16,160 bases of DNA from Candidatus Heimdallarchaeota archaeon (GTDB taxonomy: Archaea; Asgardarchaeota; Heimdallarchaeia; JABLTI01). Position 1 is the stretch's first letter. Each line of letters begins with the position of its first letter. Where the stretch lies: NCBI GenBank assembly GCA_019058275.1, contig JAHLVW010000040.1, positions 1 through 16,160 on the forward strand, given 5' to 3'. The notes beneath the pieces were generated by a model that had not been told where the DNA came from, made no database searches, and saw only the letters and a program-made list of their open reading frames with translations. The translations under genes were made by a program, and so were the position numbers. Shown piece by piece: positions 1-7,520 of the stretch.

Positions 1-107
1 GAGAAGAACAATGATGTTTCTTTATTTATGTCCGCAATTGATTTCACTTCAACAGGAGAGAATTCGTATAGTATTTTGCTTAGCAATTCAGTTTGTTTAT
101 CATTCAA
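1..107 (-). CDS. Partial hypothetical protein running off the left edge (not in ORF track)
   Basis: TTG at 107-105 overlaps the TGA stop (102-100) of the 74-aa ORF. The frame is open to position 1: (M)NDKQTELLSKILYEFSPVEVKSIADINKETSLFF. The overlap suggests translational coupling. Confidence 0.45.
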   Translation of the reverse strand, partial: MNDKQTELLSKILYEFSPVEVKSIADINKETSLFF

Positions 108-324
108 CCCAAGATAATTTAGCATTTGGTTGCTTAAAAAGGCATTTCAGTGCTCGAGTGTCTTTCAGCCAGTTGAGCTTTCTTAGAATGGCTTGTAACT
201 GTGCTGGAACTACTTTTCTTTGTCTTTGTGCCCAGAGTAAAAAATCTTCAATCGACAAATAGTTGTTTTTTTCTTTACTTGGTGGCTTCTGCACTTGGGT
301 CATCTTCATCCACTCTAAGATCAA
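100..324 (-). CDS. Small basic hypothetical protein
   Basis: TTGA start/stop overlap with the 325-aa ORF. Alternative ATG starts (e.g. 303) lie just after GAGTGG. No recognisable family. Confidence 0.55.
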   Translation of the reverse strand: MILEWMKMTQVQKPPSKEKNNYLSIEDFLLWAQRQRKVVPAQLQAILRKLNWLKDTRALKCLFKQPNAKLSWVE

Positions 325-1298
325 GTTGATCCTTGTTTCTGAGACCTTTCGAACTCATGTAATGAAACCACTTCTCTTCGCCAACATTCAAGAATACAGA
401 GCAAAGTAATTTCACTCAATGGTAGTGGTTGTATTTCCGATTTCACAACCATTTTGAGAATCCTTTCTAATTGTCCAACAAAATAATTCGCATACTCATC
501 TTTTACTTGGGATTGTTTTTCTCCTTGGAGAAGATAACTCGTACCAGTATAGGTTTTTGTATAAGCAATTTCAGTCATTTTCCCAATTAAAACTCTCAAT
601 AGCTCTGATGACTTTAAACTAACTGTTCTTTGTTGCTTTTCGAGAAATTCTAGTACTAATCGCACCAATTTCTCTGCTTGTTGACAAGAAATTCCCAACG
701 CCAGTTCTAAGTTTTCATTATCTTTTGGCAACAATTTAAGCATAAGATATTCTTCGACTTGTTTGTAGGTTATTGCTTGTGGATGATGCTCTCCACAATC
801 AAAAAGTGTTTCCTTATTTGCTGTGAGATATTTCCCATCCCACTGAAGAGTTTGGATGAAAACCAACGAATTATTCTCTATCAATTGATTTTTCTTCAAA
901 AAATCTTGTGCTGAACAATAATGACTAGCGTCTTCAAAAAGGCAGAGAGTAAGTATTTTCCCATGGATGTCTCGCAGCTGCAGTTTTAGATACTTCTTTC
1001 TGTTCCTTGCAATAGAATCTGCTGCTGCTACTAAGAATCCCAAGAAATCGAAGAGTAATCCTCTGGTTGTCGCTTGATCTTTGTAGTCTTGTAACTTGTC
1101 AAACGAAAGTAGGAGTCCAATGTCTTCTTGTCGAGAAATAAACGAGTCATCTTCTGTTATATTTTGAACCTTTATAGAAGATGTTAGGAAAGAAGCTTTT
1201 ACGAATATTGATTCTCCTCCCTTTTGCTGTTCATTATCCATTACTTTCATCAACTCACTAGTATCGATCACAATCGATAATTTCTTCTCACTATCCAC
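321..1298 (-). CDS. OB-fold protein, RPA70/Rfa1 DBD-B-like ssDNA-binding domain plus helical C-terminus
   Basis: Long ORF with GTG start. The segment LLFDFLGFLV...YLKLQLRDIHGKILTLCLFEDA...LVFIQTLQWDGKYLT...HPQAITYK follows the RPA OB pattern (hDhhGhh...hxLxDxSG..hxhxLW/F..A...hhhh......GxxL.....PEA). CDS confidence is high; function is moderate. Confidence 0.65.
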   Translation of the reverse strand: MDSEKKLSIVIDTSELMKVMDNEQQKGGESIFVKASFLTSSIKVQNITEDDSFISRQEDIGLLLSFDKLQDYKDQATTRGLLFDFLGFLVAAADSIARNRKKYLKLQLRDIHGKILTLCLFEDASHYCSAQDFLKKNQLIENNSLVFIQTLQWDGKYLTANKETLFDCGEHHPQAITYKQVEEYLMLKLLPKDNENLELALGISCQQAEKLVRLVLEFLEKQQRTVSLKSSELLRVLIGKMTEIAYTKTYTGTSYLLQGEKQSQVKDEYANYFVGQLERILKMVVKSEIQPLPLSEITLLCILECWRREVVSLHEFERSQKQGST

Positions 1299-1603
1299 TT
1301 GATTCGTTTTCTTTAAAAAGAGCTAAAGTTAGCTATACGTTCAAGTTTCTGATGATTTATTGCTTTGTTCTTTTTCCTTCTAAGTATCCCGAAGAATTTC
1401 TTACACTTGTTTTAGTTACTTCATAAATTATATAAGGAAAAATAAGGAGTTAGCATGGGGATTCGAGCAACTTGAGGGGAAAAAACCATTACAGGAAAAA
1501 GGAAAAAATAAATTATTTTCCCCTGGAGATAGATTTTTCTTGTGCATAATTTCTAGATCAAGTTGTACAAATATCCCAAGACTATCTTAAGGAAATTCAA
1601 ATT

Positions 1604-1684
1604 TATACCTGGGGATGCTCCCATAATTTTCATCCCCTATTAAACCACAACGGGATTTTATTCTGAAGGGAGCTTCCAGGCATA
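1604..1684. other. Long imperfect GC-rich hairpin in an AT-rich intergenic region
   Basis: CCTGGGG(1608-14)/TTCCAGG(1674-80), GCTCCC(1617-22)/GGGAGC(1668-73), ATCCC(1632-36)/GGGAT(1652-56). Confidence 0.5.
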
Positions 1685-1843
1685 TATTCTTCTAGCCTTT
1701 TGTTTGTTATTAATCTTGAGCTCTAAAATCTAAAGAGAGTTTTTTTCTTTTTCCTCTTTTATCCTTTGTTTTGTCTTTTTATTATCTATAATGAGAAGAA
1801 TAATTGGTAATATTAATATAAAATATAAAGGGCCACTTATTCT

Positions 1844-2158
1844 TCAATCATCTAATCTTAATTGAATCAATAAAGGTACTAAAGCTAACCAAAATTCAAA
1901 AAAGCATATAACAATAATACTTACCCATTTATTTATTGATTGTCTTTGTCCCCATTTAAGAAAGGCAATCAATTTTTCCGTCATTTTTTTATAACTATCT
2001 GGAATATTATCTGATTTGTTTTCAGTTAGGATTTGATAGGAAGAAGTGTGTGTTTTCAAAATCTGTTTTTTGTTCTTTTTTATATTTTGCTCAATATTCC
2101 TTGATAAATCAGTCCATATTCTTTTGACTTTCTGTGCCTTTATAAAGAAATGAAAAAT
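1844..2158 (-). pseudogene. Possible remnant of a small membrane-protein gene
   Basis: The frame is open from 2158, beyond the TTG called at 2059, and has no ATG start at its 5' end. It has a hydrophobic C-terminal segment (WVSIIVICFFEFWLALVPLLI). The region is very AT-rich. Confidence 0.3.
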
Positions 2159-2499
2159 CTATTTTATTAAAAGTATCGGTTAACACTGGAAACTAAAGGA
2201 ATATATTTACCGCTTATATTCTCATAATTATCTATTAACAATCGAAATTATTGTAAAGATATGGAATGTATATATTGTTTATCAAAGAAAATTCATTATT
2301 AAAAGGCATATTATTACAAATTTTGTTTTCTCTTACAAAATTCCTTATAGTAGTCATTATAAGTTCTAGATCGTATTATCATTTAAAAGCAATTTATCTG
2401 TAACCTACATTAAGTTTATAAAATTATAAAATAAATAAGAAGCTGCTTAATTGGTGTAGATATATATGGGATGAGACACAAGCAATTTTTACATTCAAT

Positions 2500-3261
2500 T
2501 TGGAGGATATGTTTGGAGCCCAATTTGATGTAATTAACAACTTAATTTCATATATTCCTGAGATTACTAAGAATCTTGGTTTTTTAGACAAGGTTAAGAA
2601 GGACTATACAATAGAAAATTTAAGTATTCGTAAAAGACAATTTAGGAGTACTCAACGCTTATTTAGAGCTGTTTTAAAAGGTTTTCCATTAATCCATATT
2701 GATGCAGGTATAAATGGTTCTTTACAAATTGCCACAACAGAGATTAATTTGTTAATTGGTAATTTTGCAGAAAGGCTTGCATTTATGGATGAAGATGAGG
2801 ATGGAGATGAAGACGAAGAAATCAATGTTCCTCCCAAAAAATTATCCAAAGAAGGATTAAATAGAAAGGCAATTCAATTTATTAAGGACATTCAAAATCA
2901 ACTTTCATTACTTATAACATATTTAGCTGGTTTGGCTAATGTTGATCCGATTATTAGCTATAAGATTGATATTAGGTTCCCATTAAAACTACTCATAGAT
3001 GAAAAGGCAACCAAAATTTTCTCAGATATTAATCAAACATTAATGTCCAAATTTGAAAATTATAAATTTATAAAAGCAAATCTGTTGCGATTTGAATGTA
3101 TTTCAGATGATTTAGAACACACATTTATGATTGATAACAAATCTAAAGTTATATCTTATAAAGCTGAACTTGAAAGCAATATGAGTAATTTTGATATCTT
3201 AGAGGGAATTAAAAACAGTTATAAAATCACAAAAGAAATGTTAGCTAATTTAATGAAATGA
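2500..3261 (+). CDS. Hypothetical protein, first gene of a three-gene HEPN cassette, with acidic loop DEDEDGDEDEE
   Basis: 253-aa ORF; the frame is open from 2422, so the true start is uncertain. It lies 11 bp before the next gene. Confidence 0.75.
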   Translation: MEDMFGAQFDVINNLISYIPEITKNLGFLDKVKKDYTIENLSIRKRQFRSTQRLFRAVLKGFPLIHIDAGINGSLQIATTEINLLIGNFAERLAFMDEDEDGDEDEEINVPPKKLSKEGLNRKAIQFIKDIQNQLSLLITYLAGLANVDPIISYKIDIRFPLKLLIDEKATKIFSDINQTLMSKFENYKFIKANLLRFECISDDLEHTFMIDNKSKVISYKAELESNMSNFDILEGIKNSYKITKEMLANLMK

Positions 3262-3272
3262 GGAAATAGGAA

Positions 3273-3863
3273 ATGTATAGAGGATTATCTGAAAAAAATA
3301 TTCATTTAATTATCGATGCAATTAGAAACTCTGAGGATCCTAAAGCATTAAGTGAAATTGTATTTGGTACACATGAAAAAAATTCTATACTTGATGCAAT
3401 GAATATAGAACCACGATTTATTGGTAGTGATGAGATAAGTGTAAGAGAAACAACACGTATATTTCGTAAAGGTATCCAAAAAGAGCATGAATCTGAAATA
3501 GTGCGATTGTTAAAGGAATTGCTTAAAGAAATAAAAATTCAATCAGAAGGTTTTAAACGAATGCAACACATTCAGCAAGATCGAATTAGTTATTCAGCAG
3601 TTATTGATTTACAGAAATATATTCAAGAGACAATTGATGATTATCCCTCTATACTTGAAGTATTTGTTGAGGAAATATTTCCAGGTCGTTTGTTAATTTA
3701 TCTTATTATACCAAATGATTTATCATATAAACTACATAAGCCAATTGCTAGATATCAAAGTATTTTATTCAAACCTTTTAAGGAAATTATAGATGATTTT
3801 AGAGTTGTTCAGCAAATTAATCGAGATACAATTATAAAAAGAAATCTAATGAAAATAGTTTAA
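3273..3863 (+). CDS. Hypothetical protein; C-terminus resembles a degenerate minimal nucleotidyltransferase (MNT) fold, putative antitoxin
   Basis: ATG with AGGA upstream. C-terminal helix followed by YPSILEVFVEE...LLIYLIIP...helix...DFRVV matches MNT topology but lacks GS/DxD. It lies directly upstream of the HEPN gene. Confidence 0.55.
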   Translation: MYRGLSEKNIHLIIDAIRNSEDPKALSEIVFGTHEKNSILDAMNIEPRFIGSDEISVRETTRIFRKGIQKEHESEIVRLLKELLKEIKIQSEGFKRMQHIQQDRISYSAVIDLQKYIQETIDDYPSILEVFVEEIFPGRLLIYLIIPNDLSYKLHKPIARYQSILFKPFKEIIDDFRVVQQINRDTIIKRNLMKIV

Positions 3864-3864
3864 A

Positions 3865-4242
3865 TTGGTGAATTTCAATATGGTTGAATTAGATGAACAC
3901 TTAAAAGCTGTTGTTCATAACAAAGATTTCTTAGACTATGTTGAAGATAAAATGCCACCATTTGAGGATTGGGGTGTAACAGTACTCTTTTATATTGCTC
4001 TTCATTGTCTCCAAGCGTATTTTGCTAAAGAAAAAAAACATCCTCCAACTCATCATAATATTTGAATTCTGTTAGATGAAGACTTATCAATTACTCAAGA
4101 AATAAAAGATGATTATTTTACTTTGAAAGATTTAAGTGAGATAGCTAGATATACACATTCCTTAATGGATAAAGAAGAGTTTAATGAAATGAAGGAAGAT
4201 TGTACAAGAATTGTTACATACTTTCAAGAAAGAATTTGCTAA
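3865..4242 (+). pseudogene. HEPN-domain RNase toxin interrupted by an in-frame TGA at 4063-4065
   Basis: Reading through the stop gives ...HNKDF...DWGVTVLFYIALHCLQAYFAKEKKHPPTHHNI*ILLDEDLSITQEIKDDYFTLKDLSEIARYTHSLMDKEEFNEMKEDCTRIVTYFQERIC, ending at TAA 4240-42. This is a full HEPN-sized protein with the typical FYxAhH, TH and ARY motifs. Confidence 0.75.
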
Positions 4243-4249
4243 TAGTAAC

Positions 4250-4258
4250 TTTTTTTTT
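4250..4258 (+). terminator. Oligo-dT archaeal-type terminator
   Basis: T9 tract starting 8 nt after the TAA at 4242. This supports 4242 rather than 4065 as the original gene end. Confidence 0.5.
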
Positions 4259-4367
4259 GCTTAATTCATTATTTGTTGTTAACCCCTACAGAAGTTAACT
4301 GTTAATTCATTGTTAATAGGTAAAATATTTGATGTAAAAAGACATTCAAAATATTATTTTATTCGGA

Positions 4368-6194
4368 TTAATTTCTTTCAAAGAAGAATTCCCCGCTTTC
4401 TCTTTGCTCTCGATCCAATCGACTTCCTCCTTTGTTAATCCTCGCTCTACCTGTTTCCACATCACGTCTAAAAGTAATATCGAGTGTTTTCAAGAATTCA
4501 TTCATTCCTTCTCGTTTTCCAACTGGTCCTACTGTGAATCCTCTTACTCCTGGTTCACCCAAGAATAACATGACACGATCACCAAGAATATCTGCTAATT
4601 GCATATCATGTTCTATAGCTATTACTGAAGCATTGTAGAGTTTAGCAGCATTTCGAATAATCCTAGCAACCTTAATTCGCTCTTCTACATCAAGAAAAGC
4701 TGCAGGTTCATCTATAAGATAAAGCTCAGCTCTTTTTGATAAGCAAGCAGCAACAAAAACCCTTTGAAGCTCTCCTCCACTGAGAGTTGAGATTGGTTTA
4801 TCAAAGAGATGTTCAATACCCAAAGGTTGGTAGAAGGTCTGTTTTAGTATTTGTTCACCTGTATATCTTCCAGAATAATTAGTTATGAACTCATTTACTG
4901 TTCCCTCATAATCTCGAGTAATGAATTGAGGTTTGTAGGAAACACTAGCCATAACATCAGCTGAACCACGATTAGGTTTTAGAACACCTGCAAGCATTTT
5001 AACAAAAGTAGATTTTCCTGTTCCATTTTCACCAATTATCACCAATGTTTCTCCCTTATGCACTTGGCCTGGTGAAACCTTTAATCGAAATTTGTCAAAG
5101 CTTTTCCATAATGTAGTGAACTTAACATAAACTGGAACAGTGTCCCATTTACGTTCCCTTACGACGCGTAAGAAAGAAATAGCTTTACTTCGGAATGTGA
5201 TGTTTTCTTCCTTCAAGAAACCAGTCAAATAAGCATTAATACCTCCCTTTACGCCTTTAACCCCAGAAACAACACCAAAAGCATGTGGTGTTCCCCATAA
5301 AGCTTGAATTTGATCACTAAGATAATCAAGAATGGCTATATCATGCTCTACTACTAGAACAGACTTGTTTTCTGCAGCTAGTTTATGAAAGAGCTTTGCT
5401 AATTTTAATCGCTGTTTAACATCTAGAAAATTACCAGGTTCATCAATAAGATAAACATCAGCCTTCTTCAGTAATGCTAATGCAATAGCAAATCTTTGCC
5501 TTTCTCCACCAGATAGTTGAGTGAATTGTTTTTCTAAAATATTTCCTAATTGTAATTCCTTTGTTAAGGTGCGCTTTTTTCCTAGCTCATCATTGTTCTC
5601 CAAAATCTCATCTATTGTTTCTTTTTCTTCTAAGAACTTTGTTAAAACTTGTTCTTTGTAGGAAATCTTCACTCTCTTTTGCATTAATAATCTGAAATAT
5701 GCCTTATGAACAGAAAGATCAATATGCGAAAGAACATATTTCAAATCCAAATCTTTGCGTAAGTATTCTCCACCATTTGGTACAAATTTACCTGCAAGAA
5801 TATCCATTACTGTAGTTTTTCCTATACCATTAGCACCAATCAATCCTGAAACCTTACCCTTAGCCATAAAGGGTAAATCATATAGACGAAATGAATTTTC
5901 ATCAAATTGATGTATGGGTTGATCTTTTAGCTCTACGGGTAAACCAACCATTGCAATTGCATGTGTTGGACATTTATTAACGCAAATACCACAAGCGATA
6001 CATTTCTTACTGTTAATTCGAGCTTTCTTAGTTACTTTATCCGGATAAACAACTTTCGTTTTTTTATTAAGTGGGCATATCTTAATGCACGCATATCCAC
6101 AAGTTGCTGGTTGACAACGATCTAAATTAACAATAGGTATCCTTGTCTTTGTTTTTCTTTTGCTTAGAGCATCATCGGACATGTATAAAACCAA
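4368..6194 (-). CDS. rli1: ABCE1/Rli1 ribosome recycling ATPase (likely start ATG at 6182)
   Basis: N-terminal eight-Cys 2x[4Fe-4S] domain (CQPATCGYACIKICP...CIACGICVNKCP). Two ABC domains: GANGIGKT/LSGGE/YLIDEP/VEHD and GENGTGKS/LSGGE/YLIDEP/IEHD. C-terminal hinge TFRRD..TGRARINK.GS.LDREQ. Confidence 0.97.
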   Translation of the reverse strand: MVLYMSDDALSKRKTKTRIPIVNLDRCQPATCGYACIKICPLNKKTKVVYPDKVTKKARINSKKCIACGICVNKCPTHAIAMVGLPVELKDQPIHQFDENSFRLYDLPFMAKGKVSGLIGANGIGKTTVMDILAGKFVPNGGEYLRKDLDLKYVLSHIDLSVHKAYFRLLMQKRVKISYKEQVLTKFLEEKETIDEILENNDELGKKRTLTKELQLGNILEKQFTQLSGGERQRFAIALALLKKADVYLIDEPGNFLDVKQRLKLAKLFHKLAAENKSVLVVEHDIAILDYLSDQIQALWGTPHAFGVVSGVKGVKGGINAYLTGFLKEENITFRSKAISFLRVVRERKWDTVPVYVKFTTLWKSFDKFRLKVSPGQVHKGETLVIIGENGTGKSTFVKMLAGVLKPNRGSADVMASVSYKPQFITRDYEGTVNEFITNYSGRYTGEQILKQTFYQPLGIEHLFDKPISTLSGGELQRVFVAACLSKRAELYLIDEPAAFLDVEERIKVARIIRNAAKLYNASVIAIEHDMQLADILGDRVMLFLGEPGVRGFTVGPVGKREGMNEFLKTLDITFRRDVETGRARINKGGSRLDREQRESGEFFFERN

Positions 6195-6304
6195 ATGTGA
6201 GTTTCTAAAAATAGCAATTAAGTGCTTGTATGAATCTTTGAATGGTTACTTTTAATTCTTTGTCTGATGTGAATTGTTAAATTTCTGTATGTGAAATAGA
6301 TGTT

Positions 6305-6772
6305 ATGTCATTCTCATTAAGACTAGCAACCAAAGAGGATATCCCTCAATTAATTGAACTTCGAATAGAATTCTTGAAAGAAGTTCAAGAAGATGTCTCA
6401 AATGATAGTATGAATGTTTATCGAGAACATTTAGGTGGATACTTACAAAAACATATGAAAAATGAAACTTTTCTAGCTTGGTTAGCTGAAGATGAAAATA
6501 AAACTATCATTGCTACAAGTGGATTAGCAATTATAGAAAAACCACCTCATCTTAGCAACCTAACAGGCAAAGAGAGCTATATCATGGATATGTATACAAA
6601 ACCTGAATGGCGTAGACAAGGAATTGGTTCTGCAATTTTAGAGAAATTGCTTGAAGAGTCTAAAAATAGAGATATATTCTATATGTATCTATATGCTACA
6701 CCAATTGGGAGTGCATTATATGAAAAATATGGATTTAAGCAAAGTGAACATTCAATGTATCTTCGGTTGTAA
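6305..6772 (+). CDS. GNAT family N-acetyltransferase
   Basis: LRLATKED start, acetyl-CoA motif MYTKPEWRRQGIGS, and C-terminal LYEKYGF. Confidence 0.92.
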   Translation: MSFSLRLATKEDIPQLIELRIEFLKEVQEDVSNDSMNVYREHLGGYLQKHMKNETFLAWLAEDENKTIIATSGLAIIEKPPHLSNLTGKESYIMDMYTKPEWRRQGIGSAILEKLLEESKNRDIFYMYLYATPIGSALYEKYGFKQSEHSMYLRL

Positions 6773-6790
6773 AGAAAAGAAAGAAATTAT

Positions 6791-7363
6791 TCATTCCTTG
6801 GGAAACCAAGGAATAAACATTGATACTCTTCTTTTATAATCAGCATAGTCAGGTCTTTTTGCTAATTGCTTTTTCTCGATTAATGGAATGCTGATGAATA
6901 AAAACAGTATAACCATTACTATTGGTCCAGCTATTGTCCACCACCAACTTGGATCTGCTGCAAGTGCAAAGAATAATAGCCCCCACCAAAAGCTGACTTC
7001 AGCAAAATAATTAGGATGACGACAGGCTGCCCAAAGACCTACATCCATAACTTTCTTGGAATCACCACTTACTTTACTAAATATCTTCATCTGTTCATCA
7101 GCAATGAACTCGTACCAAACTGCTCCAATGGTTATAATCATAGCAATTGAATCTAACCAGTTAATTGATGCTGAGCTTAAAACCATTGCAGGATATAATG
7201 CTACACATCCTAAATAGACAATTAATGTGGGCATCATTTCTAAACCAGTAAATGCAATTAACCAGAATGTCTTTGGATTATCTTCGCGGTATTTAACATA
7301 ACGCCAATCTTCATGATGTAAACCTTTCCAACCTCTAACCCAGTTAAGAGTTAACCTTACACC
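6791..7363 (-). pseudogene. DUF1295 / steroid 5-alpha-reductase-like membrane protein, 5' truncated by an insertion
   Basis: The frame continues upstream of the called ATG (7237) as GVRLTLNWVRGWKGLHHEDWRY to 7363. The C-terminus has GLWAACRHPNYFAEVSFWWG and YADYKRRVSMFIPW. The expected W of WGxRL and the whole N-terminal part are replaced by element sequence. Confidence 0.88.
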
Positions 7364-7520
7364 GTTCCTTTTTTTATGGACAAATAGGACATAGCACTAT
7401 TTAACCATTCCCAGTCACCGCTACAAGCAAGTTGTCGCAGTTCATCTCTGAGCCCCCACCAGGAACAGTTAGGTGAAGGATTCCCGAGTCCATGTAGGGC
7501 ACGGGGCTGGTGTCTTTAAG
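7342..7520 (-). ncRNA. TnpB omegaRNA (reRNA) scaffold plus flank-derived guide; 5' end approximate
   Basis: Overlaps the tnpB 3' end. Hairpin CCUUCACC/GGUGGGGG (7479-7453) has a loop containing ACUGUUCCU, which pairs with terminal AGGAACGGU (7369-7361) as a pseudoknot. A second hairpin spans 7440-7418. The G-U wobbles work on the minus strand. Confidence 0.75.
7362..7395 (-). mobile_element. IS607-type right end
   Basis: The minus strand reads ...ATGTCCTATTTGTCCATAAAAAAAGGAAC-GG|TGTAAGG. It ends in a GG shared with the target, carries short direct repeats (TGTCCTATT/TGTCCATAA), and coincides exactly with the DUF1295 break point just downstream of tnpB. Confidence 0.75.

Noticed and set aside
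2184-2199. ORB-like sequence CACTGGAAACTAAAGG next to an AT-rich tract
   Set aside because: Single imperfect copy lacking the TCCA arm and G-string, with no orc1/cdc6 in the window. Insufficient to call an origin.
4063-4065. Genome-wide TGA recoding
   Set aside because: TGA ends several well-spaced genes here (e.g. 3261 and 10824), and none of the long conserved genes contains an internal TGA.
11-6839. ORFs 11-262(+), 2652-2849(-), 4432-4638(+) and 6651-6839(+)
   Set aside because: They overlap better-supported genes on the opposite strand or in another frame and have no recognisable features.
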